DNA of 14,310 bases, taken from the IMG/VR virus record IMGVR_UViG_3300012663_000706; one strand, written 5' to 3'. Positions 1 to 8,061 of the stretch are shown here, one piece after another; position 1 is the first letter of the stretch, and the number at the start of each line of letters is the position of its first letter. The translations under genes were made by a program, and so were the position numbers. The notes beneath the pieces are model-generated. The model saw nothing but the letters and a program-made list of their open reading frames with translations, did no database searches and was not told where the DNA came from. The stretch is from a virus. Its lineage: Duplodnaviria > Heunggongvirae > Uroviricota > Caudoviricetes.

Positions 1-635
1 ATTTCTTTGTCTAAATTATTATTAAGAGCAGATTTTGCAAGTGAAGGTTCAAAAACATGATATGCGTCTCTAGTAAAAGATTTAACAGCAAATTGTTGTT
101 TGTATTGAGAATCACTTAATGATAATAAGTCTAATAATTTAGTTTTTTGTTCTGAATTTAACATACCGTCAAACAGAACTGGTGGAGCTTGTACTCCGAA
201 TGTGGTTGCCCATTTACTTAAAACTTGAGAATCTGTAATAATTTTTCTAGCTTTTCCGTTTTCTCCAAGGGCTTGGATATGTGTAAGTATTAAATAGTTT
301 AATGGAAGAGTATCGTATTCGATTGATGCTACTCCATCTTCTGGCATGTAGTCAAAACCAAATTTCCAGTCGATTGGCATACTTTGCTTGGTCTCTGGTG
401 AGAGACTTTGAAAATATTTAATTGCGGTTTCGTATAAAGATACTAAAGTTCTATCAATAACGCTAAGTTCTTCGCTTGAGCCGTTCTTAAAGAATTCAAA
501 TCCATTCAAACCTCTTCTAACATATAGCGAAGGTGCAGCTATCTTTTCAGTAACTACAATTTTGTTGTTTAGCATATCATTAAATTCGTTAGAATTACAT
601 GATTGATAAAAGTCTCTTAGTTTTTGCAATGCCAT
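1..635 (-). CDS. Partial CDS (runs off window left edge, >=211 aa): degenerate RNA-ligase/nucleotidyltransferase-fold protein
   Basis: Not in the ORF track; hand-translated from ATG at 635, open to base 1: MALQKLRDFYQSCNSNEFNDMLNNKIVVTEKIAAPSLYVRR...WKFGFDYMP...YLILTHIQ...FGVQAPPVLFDGML...LNNNLDKE. VVTEKIAA resembles ligase motif I (K31 kept, DG replaced by AA); GFDY, LILTHI and PPVLFDG sit where motifs III, IIIa and the VPvL-x-G segment are expected. The start is 1 nt after the stop of the upstream ORF. The CDS is secure; the fold is inferred. Confidence 0.6.
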   Translation of the reverse strand, partial: MALQKLRDFYQSCNSNEFNDMLNNKIVVTEKIAAPSLYVRRGLNGFEFFKNGSSEELSVIDRTLVSLYETAIKYFQSLSPETKQSMPIDWKFGFDYMPEDGVASIEYDTLPLNYLILTHIQALGENGKARKIITDSQVLSKWATTFGVQAPPVLFDGMLNSEQKTKLLDLLSLSDSQYKQQFAVKSFTRDAYHVFEPSLAKSALNNNLDKE

Positions 636-636
636 T

Positions 637-1920
637 TTATCTTCCGTATTTTATAATACCCATTAATTGATTTATTGCTGCAAATGTACCAGTTAATTTA
701 TACATTTTGCCTTTATATTTAAATACTAGACCTTCGGTTGGGATAATCGAATCGATACCACCAATTCGTTCTAGTCTAGCTAATTCGCCTTCAACTTTTG
801 AAATTTGAGAAAGGTCGCCATTTTGTTTAATCTTGTCAGCTTCAGTTCTAATTTGATTGTGTAGTCGTTGCATTTCCTGATCAGGATTTGCAGCTAATAA
901 ATTAGAAACGTTTTTAAGAACGACAGATCCTAATTCTAAGAAGATGTTTTCGAAAGGTAAGATATTCTCTTTGTATTTCTTTTTAGCATCGTTCTTTTCA
1001 AAATCTTGTATCTTCTTATATCCTGCATCTCCAACTTGTTTAGCAACATCGCGGATATTTAATGATTTTTTGTCATCAAAAGCCCAACGTAATACTAAAC
1101 CTTCTTTGGTAGCATCATCTAAATCTGGGAAAGTTTTTGTAATAAGTTCTCTCCACCACATTTCATGATATTTAGAAACTGAATCAGTATCATTTAACTT
1201 ATAAACATTTTGTAGGGATTGTACTTTACCTAGGAAATATCCTTTTTTCTCTTCAAAGTCTACTGATTTTCCAATCACTAAAGTTTGAGGTGGTATAATG
1301 CTAAAAGTTTTTTGAACGTCGGCAGCAACTGAATTTAGAGCGCTTTGTACTTTTTTAGCAACTTTTGAATCAGAGCCAGTCTGATTTCCAGCACCATCGG
1401 TATGAACAATACCGTGGAATTGAATAACATCTCGATCATAATTAATTACGTTTGAATTTCCAGAATAAATTAACTCCATATTCATGAATGAAGCACCATT
1501 ATTAAAGTCTTCAACATCTTTACCTTTCAGTGAACTTAGAGCCTTGTCTAGGTCAGCTGCTGCAAAGGTGAATGTATCTCTTACTGCTGCAGATGGGTGA
1601 TCTGTGAACATACTCTGTATCTGAGATAGGTTAATAGGATTAGCCATCTGTCCCTTGTTTCTAGCAAAGAGAACTTTACCATCTTTAACGGTAACAAATA
1701 GATTTTGACCATCTGTTTTTTCGGTAGGAGCGTCTTCAAAATCTAAACGACCATCTAATGCTGAATCAATTAAAGTTTTAAAGTCTCCAAAAGTTAAATC
1801 ATTATCGTCGAATGGATGCATCATGTGACCTGCTGCTCCGCCTTCTAATACTAGAGAAGGGAATTTAGAATTCCATCTTTCTAGTAAAAATTCTTTATAT
1901 GTTTGTAGTGTATTCATCAT
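637..1920 (-). CDS. ATP-dependent RNA-ligase-like covalent nucleotidyltransferase (427 aa) with capsid-targeting-like N-terminus
   Basis: Ligase-superfamily motifs in order: I TEKTDG (K68), Ia VLFARNK, III MNMELIY, IIIa VIQFHGI, IV PTEGLVF, V MYKLTG. N-terminal EGGAAGHMMHPFD block. No obvious OB-fold C-terminal domain as in DNA ligases. Substrate unknown. Confidence 0.7.
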   Translation of the reverse strand: MMNTLQTYKEFLLERWNSKFPSLVLEGGAAGHMMHPFDDNDLTFGDFKTLIDSALDGRLDFEDAPTEKTDGQNLFVTVKDGKVLFARNKGQMANPINLSQIQSMFTDHPSAAVRDTFTFAAADLDKALSSLKGKDVEDFNNGASFMNMELIYSGNSNVINYDRDVIQFHGIVHTDGAGNQTGSDSKVAKKVQSALNSVAADVQKTFSIIPPQTLVIGKSVDFEEKKGYFLGKVQSLQNVYKLNDTDSVSKYHEMWWRELITKTFPDLDDATKEGLVLRWAFDDKKSLNIRDVAKQVGDAGYKKIQDFEKNDAKKKYKENILPFENIFLELGSVVLKNVSNLLAANPDQEMQRLHNQIRTEADKIKQNGDLSQISKVEGELARLERIGGIDSIIPTEGLVFKYKGKMYKLTGTFAAINQLMGIIKYGR

Positions 1921-1925
1921 AATCT

Positions 1926-1956
1926 AAAAAGACCTGAGTGTTTTATACTCAGGTCT
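1926..1956 (-). terminator. Intrinsic (Rho-independent) terminator-like hairpin
   Basis: Minus strand AGACCTGAGT-ATAAAAC-ACTCAGGTCT: perfect 10-bp stem (1947-1956 with 1930-1939), 7-nt loop, then a T-run (1926-1930). It lies 17 nt after the stop of the 916-aa gene. Confidence 0.75.
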
Positions 1957-1973
1957 AATATTTATCTGTTTTA

Positions 1974-4724
1974 TTAAGATTCCTGCGCGATCATTGCTTG
2001 TGCAATGTTGACTGAAATGTAACCTTCTTTTTTAAAGAATTCTTGAGCTAATTTTTTAACTTTATTGATTTGCGAACCTTTAATTCTGTTTTCAGCGCCA
2101 TCAGCTTCAGCGTTCCATTCAGAAACTGCTAATGAAAAGGTATCTTCAAAGTCTTTAGATTTATTTGCAAATTCTTTATTTCCTTGTCCTGAAGTATCAG
2201 TGTTATAATCTGCCCAATATTCAGTATCGATTGCTTCATAAATTTCAAATCCATTTGCTTTAATTTCTTTTTTAGCTTTGCGTAATTCAACTGCATTTTT
2301 TGCTTTAACTATCATTTCTTCAGAGTCCAGTCCGGGTTGTGCAACTGCATCAACTCCAGCCTCTTTTAATAAACTTTGAATGTAGTCAACATCGTCTTCA
2401 TCCGTGTTATAAGGAAAGGAAAATAAGAATGACGCAGCTTCATTAGTAACTGATTCTGCAAGAGAACTTGTTAATGTTCCAACGCATGCACCGTAATCAT
2501 CTCCACATTTTTTAAGAATACCATCAACTACTTCTCCAGCTTTTGCTTCGTCAAAGTCAGCACCAAATGCTTTCTTTAAAACAGAGAACGCATATTCTTT
2601 AAATTCTTCGTCAGATTTAACTTCTGCTTCAGTAACAACTGATTCTGCTACGTTTGATTCCCACCAGTTTTTAAGTTCTTCAAAACTAGATTTGCCCATA
2701 TTAGAAATCATGTATTCGATAATGTCATTATCATAATCTTCAGCTTCATCTCTGTAACCGCCTGGAGTATCGATATAATCTTTACCCATGATTTTCTTGA
2801 TTCTAACCTCTGGCATACCATCGATTTCCTCTAAGAACTCTTCAAAATCTTGAGTACTTTTAAACTTCTCAGCTTCATTAACTTTAGATTCATACATATT
2901 AATAATAGCTCCTAAGTCTGCAAGTTTAACTGCTTTTCCTTTTTCTTCACCACTATCATCAGAGAAGTATAAAACTCCAGCATCTAATAATTTTTTGAAA
3001 ACTTCTGCTTTAACAATACTAAAGTCAATAGCATCACTTGAATTTTCCCATGAATCTCCTACGTATTCTGGATCAATCCAACCCATACCTCTTTTAATAT
3101 CTTTAATCATTGAATCAAGATCCTTATCGAATTGCTTTGCTTCGTTGATTTGTTCTTTAACTATTTTAATAGAAGGGTTATGTTTAGACTCTTCTACTTT
3201 ATAAGTTTTACCATCAAATTCGAATTCTTTCTCTCCAGCTTCTTTAGCTTTTCTAACTGCATCTCCGAAAGCATTACCTTCTTCTACTTTGTAAGTTTTA
3301 CCATCGAATTCAAATTCTTTCTCTCCAGCTTCTTTAGCTTTTGTTACTGCATCTCCAAAGGCATTACCTTCTTTAACTTCTTCGTCATCTTCGTTAACTT
3401 TCTTAGCGCCTGCTACCTTGTATGTTTTACCATTAAATTCAAAAGTCTTTTCTCCTTTGTTTCTAGCAGCAAATAAGGCTCCAGTGAATGCGTTACCTTC
3501 AGTAACTACTAATTCTAGGTCTTTGTCCTTGTCGGTGATTGCGTCATCTAATTCAGCTTCTAACTTTTTCTTTTGAGCAGTTAAATCTTTTAATGTATTT
3601 AATATTGCTGCTTTTTCATCTCCTTGAGATTGTTTCCAAAGTTCAGCAGTATTTTTCATCTGATTGATAATCTTTGTGAAATCATTTTGGATTTTGTTAA
3701 TTGAACGAGCTTCGTCAACTTTAACAGTTGCTGATTCGTTTGCTTTACCAAATGCAGTATCTAATGTTAGACCAACATTTGGTTCTCCAATAGATTCTAA
3801 ATATTTACGGAATCCTAAAGTAATATCATAACCGTTCCATTGTCCTGCAGATGAAATATCTGAAGTCCATTTTCCTTGCCATGCTTCGATTTCTTTTTTA
3901 CCAATTGATACTGTAGTTCCTGATAAACCTGGAACATCAACAGTAATAGCTTTTCCATATGCATTAAAGAATGATTGGAAAGCTGCAAAACTTGCATCTT
4001 TAGCCTCATTGTAGAAATTAGCATCTTCCATAGCGTCCATATATAAACCATCTACAATTGCAACATGTTGCGCTTTGTCTTTAGTCAATAGAGGGGCTCC
4101 AGCAAAAATCTTTTGAAGTAATTTAAAAACTTTAGTTTCTGATCTTGCTTCGAAAATATATTCGCCATTAATCGGATCGAATGCTATAGTTAATACTCCT
4201 TCTTCGATGAATTCTGCTAAACCACTGTCTTCGCCATCTCCTTCCCAGAAGTTCTTAATCATCTGTTCTAGATCTTTTTTCTTACCAACATATTCAACTT
4301 CTGGCCAACCGCCTGCTGGGCCATTCATATTTACAATTTTCCACTTGATACCTTTTTTCTTACAAAAAGCAACTAAACCTTTTTCGTCTGGTTCCATTGC
4401 GTCTAATGTAACATTAGCTTCATCAAGTTCTGATTCTAGTTCTTCGCCATCTTTAGGATCTGCCTGTTTAGGTTCTCCTAAATCTTTAATATCATCTACG
4501 ATTTCTTCTTCGCGATCTTCGTTAAATAATTTAGAATATAGTGCTTTTCTTTTTTCTTCGTCTAATTCAGACATATCGCTTATTTGCAACTCGTCTAAAA
4601 TAGCAGAGATTTTTTCAAGAGATTTTACTCTTTTAACCTTGTTTTCCTGTTCAGTCTTAATTGCCGTTTCTTGGTTTCTCATTTCTGAGAAAGACTTGAA
4701 GGATGAAATTTTGTTTAGTTCCAT
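1974..4724 (-). CDS. 916-aa acidic modular protein, probable internal head protein / prohead-protease-processed polyprotein
   Basis: Long ORF, very Glu/Asp/Lys-rich. N-terminus MELNKISSFKSFSE resembles a T4 internal-protein targeting peptide. Recurrent [ILV]-x-E|[AGS] junctions, three copies of a ~30-aa EGNAF...FEFxGKTYKV module, and one coiled-coil segment. Function is inferred. Confidence 0.55.
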   Translation of the reverse strand: MELNKISSFKSFSEMRNQETAIKTEQENKVKRVKSLEKISAILDELQISDMSELDEEKRKALYSKLFNEDREEEIVDDIKDLGEPKQADPKDGEELESELDEANVTLDAMEPDEKGLVAFCKKKGIKWKIVNMNGPAGGWPEVEYVGKKKDLEQMIKNFWEGDGEDSGLAEFIEEGVLTIAFDPINGEYIFEARSETKVFKLLQKIFAGAPLLTKDKAQHVAIVDGLYMDAMEDANFYNEAKDASFAAFQSFFNAYGKAITVDVPGLSGTTVSIGKKEIEAWQGKWTSDISSAGQWNGYDITLGFRKYLESIGEPNVGLTLDTAFGKANESATVKVDEARSINKIQNDFTKIINQMKNTAELWKQSQGDEKAAILNTLKDLTAQKKKLEAELDDAITDKDKDLELVVTEGNAFTGALFAARNKGEKTFEFNGKTYKVAGAKKVNEDDEEVKEGNAFGDAVTKAKEAGEKEFEFDGKTYKVEEGNAFGDAVRKAKEAGEKEFEFDGKTYKVEESKHNPSIKIVKEQINEAKQFDKDLDSMIKDIKRGMGWIDPEYVGDSWENSSDAIDFSIVKAEVFKKLLDAGVLYFSDDSGEEKGKAVKLADLGAIINMYESKVNEAEKFKSTQDFEEFLEEIDGMPEVRIKKIMGKDYIDTPGGYRDEAEDYDNDIIEYMISNMGKSSFEELKNWWESNVAESVVTEAEVKSDEEFKEYAFSVLKKAFGADFDEAKAGEVVDGILKKCGDDYGACVGTLTSSLAESVTNEAASFLFSFPYNTDEDDVDYIQSLLKEAGVDAVAQPGLDSEEMIVKAKNAVELRKAKKEIKANGFEIYEAIDTEYWADYNTDTSGQGNKEFANKSKDFEDTFSLAVSEWNAEADGAENRIKGSQINKVKKLAQEFFKKEGYISVNIAQAMIAQES
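3191..3370. repeat. Two tandem 90-bp intragenic repeats (3191-3280, 3281-3370); a third diverged copy at ~3414-3500
   Basis: Direct alignment shows 7 mismatches in 90 nt. They encode EGNAFGDAV(T/R)KAKEAGEKEFEFDGKTYKVE; the diverged copy encodes EGNAFTGALFAARNKGEKTFEFNGKTYKV. Confidence 0.95.
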
Positions 4725-4751
4725 TTTAATAGTATTTTTTTACAATCTTAT

Positions 4752-4762
4752 CTTATATATTC
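4752..4762 (-). promoter_or_regulatory. Candidate late-type promoter box (GAATATATAAG)
   Basis: Lies in the 61-bp gap ~30 nt upstream of the 916-aa ATG. Similar RATAWATA boxes occur in other intergenic gaps, and it resembles the T4 late TATAAATA box. The AT-rich background limits significance. Confidence 0.4.
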
Positions 4763-4785
4763 GTATAAATTTACGAGTTATTATG

Positions 4786-6294
4786 TTATTCTGTTCCGTC
4801 GAACTTTACCAGTTTGATATCGTATTTGAATTGTTCTTGGTCATATATTCTCTGGCGCTCAACACCGTGTCGATAAAGGTAACAAGACCAATCAGGTGTT
4901 GATAAATTATCTACAAAATCAATGATTATTACCTCTTTCTTGGATTCGTGTTGTCTAAGTCCTCTACCAATTGATTGTCTAATGATGACTTCTGATTTAA
5001 ACGATTCTGTGAAAAAGATGCTATGGATCTTTTTAATTGAGATTCCGGTAGAAAACGTTCCATAAGATGCAACGATGACGATCTCTTCACCGGCTTCCAT
5101 TTTCTTTTTGTATTCTTCTCGAATATCAGAATCTGTCCCTCCGTCAACATAAAAAACCTTTTTCTGGCTTCGTTGGCGAAGAGCTTCGTATAGTTTTTTG
5201 CCATGTTCGATTCTGTGGAAAAGTACCAAAGAATTCCTTGGTATTCTGGAAATAAGATTGACAACAAAGTCAAGGCGTGCCTTGTTGTTGATGATATAAT
5301 TTTGTTCGAGTTGGAAAACATCTTTGCTTTCATATCTATTTTGTGCTAATTCTTGGAATGCTTTTTTAGTTGTTTCTGGCGCATAATCCATTTCGATAAC
5401 TTTAACTCTACAATTTGCAATATGTCCTTCCTTCTGTAAAAAAGCAGCTTTTACTTCCGTAATAACTGGTCCAGTTTGGGACATTAGAGTTAGCTTATCT
5501 ATCGTTCCTTCTTTTGGAATTGTTCCTGAAAGTCCGAATTTATATTGTGCATTTCGGCATTTTACAAGAATATCTTTGATTGATTGTGATTTTGCCTTGT
5601 GTGTTTCATCTACGATAACTGCGTCAAAATCGTCAAAATACTCTTTGTCTTTTTTAACAAGGGACTGATAGGTTCCTATTACGACATTAGCGTTTCCTTT
5701 AATTTTTTGACCTGCGTAGATCTGCTGTATATTGATTCTCACTTGGTTCCTCCAATTATAATCTATAAAGTCCTCGCTAGCTTGTACAACCAGTGAAACG
5801 TTAGGTACAATGAAGAGTATTTTAGATGCCTTCTGCTTCTCTAACATATAAGCAACAGTCATGAAAGAAATCATTGTCTTTCCTGCTGAAGTTGCTAATT
5901 CTGCTAAGCATCTTTTGAATTTAAGAATATTATAAGAGGCATCAATTTGATAGTCGTGAGGTGTTAGTTTATAACCATCGAAGAAATCCATAGCCCATGT
6001 CTCGAATCCTTCAGCTGTTATATTTCTATCAAATATTCGGGTTATCCCGTTTAATTTTAATTCGAAGTTGTATTCCTTACAAACATCCATGACTGTTCGC
6101 CATAAACCTGCAGGAATCCATTTGTTATCTTTAATGTATGAAATGTAGCCATCCCATATTCCCCTTTTTACAAGAGGGTTGAATCTCCACCCGTCGATTC
6201 TTTTTGTTAAACTTAAATTTATTTGTTCAAGTTCTAATTCGGAGGCTTCATCAATTCTTAAAAATCTATTATCGTCTGTTAGTGTAATTACCAA
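4786..6294 (-). CDS. uvsW: UvsW-like SF2 DNA helicase (502 aa, TTG start)
   Basis: Q motif TPHDYQ, Walker A LATSAGKT, motif II IVDETH, motif III GLSGT, motif V ASYGTFSTGISIK and motif VI RQSIGRGLR, with T4 UvsW-like length and layout. Adjacent to the uvsY-like gene. Confidence 0.92.
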   Translation of the reverse strand: MVITLTDDNRFLRIDEASELELEQINLSLTKRIDGWRFNPLVKRGIWDGYISYIKDNKWIPAGLWRTVMDVCKEYNFELKLNGITRIFDRNITAEGFETWAMDFFDGYKLTPHDYQIDASYNILKFKRCLAELATSAGKTMISFMTVAYMLEKQKASKILFIVPNVSLVVQASEDFIDYNWRNQVRINIQQIYAGQKIKGNANVVIGTYQSLVKKDKEYFDDFDAVIVDETHKAKSQSIKDILVKCRNAQYKFGLSGTIPKEGTIDKLTLMSQTGPVITEVKAAFLQKEGHIANCRVKVIEMDYAPETTKKAFQELAQNRYESKDVFQLEQNYIINNKARLDFVVNLISRIPRNSLVLFHRIEHGKKLYEALRQRSQKKVFYVDGGTDSDIREEYKKKMEAGEEIVIVASYGTFSTGISIKKIHSIFFTESFKSEVIIRQSIGRGLRQHESKKEVIIIDFVDNLSTPDWSCYLYRHGVERQRIYDQEQFKYDIKLVKFDGTE

Positions 6295-6309
6295 AACATT
6301 ATTTTATTT

Positions 6310-6750
6310 TTACAACTGTTTCATATCAATTCGGTTCTTAATTGCGAATCCGATATTATCAAGTGTTTTGATAGAATTAACAAAGAAATCTTTTTGATTC
6401 TCTAGTAATTCCTGCAATTGATAATCTTCTGATAGATCAGCTTCAATAAATCTGGCCCTTTGGCCATCTGAAAGTTTATAATCATAAGTATAGTAACCGA
6501 TCCATGCTGCTTTATATGATCGATCTATTTTAGCCTTTTGAGTTCTGATTTTAGAACTAATAGATCCAATCATATCAACAAGTATTTGTCGATAACTTAA
6601 TGCGTATGATGATACTTCAGGAAGATTGCTACCCGCCTTTAAATCGTCGGCAACTGCACGTATTTTAACAGTCCATTCAGTTCTTTGATTTGCCAAATAT
6701 TCGTCTACTTGTTGTAGTTTTGTCTGGTTCGCTTTAGTTTCAACTTCCAT
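6310..6750 (-). CDS. uvsY: UvsY-like recombination mediator (146 aa)
   Basis: All-helical pattern, UvsY-like size, C-terminal IKTLDNIGFAIKNRID resembling the UvsY C-terminal xGFAIKNxI motif. Immediately upstream of uvsW. Confidence 0.65.
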   Translation of the reverse strand: MEVETKANQTKLQQVDEYLANQRTEWTVKIRAVADDLKAGSNLPEVSSYALSYRQILVDMIGSISSKIRTQKAKIDRSYKAAWIGYYTYDYKLSDGQRARFIEADLSEDYQLQELLENQKDFFVNSIKTLDNIGFAIKNRIDMKQL

Positions 6751-6761
6751 TTATTGAGTTT

Positions 6762-6998
6762 TTAGAACAACGAGTTTTTGTTGTTCGGGTCTTGTTTAAT
6801 ATAAACACTACTTTTAATTTTTGCTTTGAATTTCGGAGCAACTTTAGTCTGCATTTTGGTGCCTTCATACTCGATTCTTGTAGAATCAAAGTCCATCATG
6901 GTCTTTAGTCCTTTGCGACTCTCTCTATCCTTTTCAAAATCTTCAAAATCTTGTTCTATCATATCTAGAACCTGTCTATTTTTATAAGTAATATGCAT
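6762..6998 (-). CDS. Hypothetical protein (78 aa)
   Basis: Fills the gap between primase (17-nt overlap) and uvsY on the coding strand. Acidic N-half, basic C-half, no recognised motif. Confidence 0.6.
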   Translation of the reverse strand: MHITYKNRQVLDMIEQDFEDFEKDRESRKGLKTMMDFDSTRIEYEGTKMQTKVAPKFKAKIKSSVYIKQDPNNKNSLF

Positions 6999-8061
6999 CT
7001 AACATTGAATTTGAAAAGTAATTATTTATTGTAGATAAACATTCACTTTTGTTTCGATACGCTGCTATTACTAAATCGTTTAAATCTTTTATAGGTTCTT
7101 TATATTTATCCATTTTACTGTCTTTGAGAAATTTGGACCATAAGAACACTGATTTTCCGGCTTTCAGTTTCTCCATCATTTTCTTTTTACCGGCTGGATC
7201 ATTATCAAACATATACCTGATGGTCGGTATCTGGTCAATTTCATGGGTATCTCTATGTACCGATGAGAGTGCAATAGAGTTATTCATAAACATTCTATCC
7301 AGAGGTCCTTCGAAAACCGTAACTGGTCTCATGAAATCTGTTTGTGTAATTCCGAATAGAGATGATATTTTACCAATCGACATTTTATCGTTCTCGTCTA
7401 TTTCGAGTGGTGTTCCCATCCATTCTAATATCTTATCAAGATCGTATGTTAAGTATTTAGAGTTACTTGTTTTAACAAGAGCTCTTGATTGCATTCCAAT
7501 TACTTTTCCGCCTGGTGCCAAATTCAAAACATAAATTCGTTTATCTTTTGGGGAAAAAAGGAAGTTTTCTAATTTGTTCGAAAGAAGTCTATTTCGTAAA
7601 TAGATCCAAGGCGCATCGCCTACTTCGATTCTTCGAAACTTTAACGCGTCTTTTAATTCATCGACGGTTGGAGCATGTTCTAATACCTTTTCAAAGATAC
7701 CATGCTGTAGTACTTCGACATGATTTGATTCAGCCTTATTCTCTTTGATCCACTCAATTACTTGAATTGAATCTTCAGTGCTATCAAACCTGACTCCATG
7801 GTCTTTTAATAAACTATAGACATCACCGTGTGCTGAGCAGTTAAAACAATGATATTGTAGAGTGTCCCAATAAATATTGCCTCTTTTCTTTTTATCATCG
7901 GAATAACTATCACCACAATAAGGACATGCCAGAGTTATTCGCCCTGGCATTTCCTTTATCATGGTCTTATTAGGATTGTTGTGCTCTTGTTGGAGTACTC
8001 TCTTTAATAAGATTTTGATTTTTAGTTTAAGTTCTTCTGATATTTTAGAGATCGAGGTCAT
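6982..8061 (-). CDS. T4 gp61-like DNA primase (359 aa)
   Basis: N-terminal Zn finger ACPYCGDS...YHCFNC; TOPRIM motifs VFEGPLD and YMFDNDPAG; C-terminal KDLND. Confidence 0.92.
   Translation of the reverse strand: MTSISKISEELKLKIKILLKRVLQQEHNNPNKTMIKEMPGRITLACPYCGDSYSDDKKKRGNIYWDTLQYHCFNCSAHGDVYSLLKDHGVRFDSTEDSIQVIEWIKENKAESNHVEVLQHGIFEKVLEHAPTVDELKDALKFRRIEVGDAPWIYLRNRLLSNKLENFLFSPKDKRIYVLNLAPGGKVIGMQSRALVKTSNSKYLTYDLDKILEWMGTPLEIDENDKMSIGKISSLFGITQTDFMRPVTVFEGPLDRMFMNNSIALSSVHRDTHEIDQIPTIRYMFDNDPAGKKKMMEKLKAGKSVFLWSKFLKDSKMDKYKEPIKDLNDLVIAAYRNKSECLSTINNYFSNSMLDAYYL

Noticed and set aside
637-1920. Calling the 427-aa protein a DNA ligase
   Set aside because: Motif V lies at the extreme C-terminus, leaving no room for the OB-fold domain that ATP-dependent DNA ligases need.
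3191-3500. Tandem repeats as a CRISPR array or a DGR template/variable repeat pair
   Set aside because: The repeats are contiguous and in-frame with no unique spacers. Mismatches are mostly synonymous and not adenine-specific, and there is no cas or reverse transcriptase gene in the window.
4761-4776. Short hairpin TCGTA-N6-TACGA after uvsW as a terminator
   Set aside because: Only a 5-bp stem with no U-tract on the coding strand; expected by chance.
3815-5333. Alternative-frame minus-strand ORFs 3815-4051 and 4929-5333
   Set aside because: Fully nested in the 916-aa gene and uvsW respectively, with no recognisable features or initiation signals.
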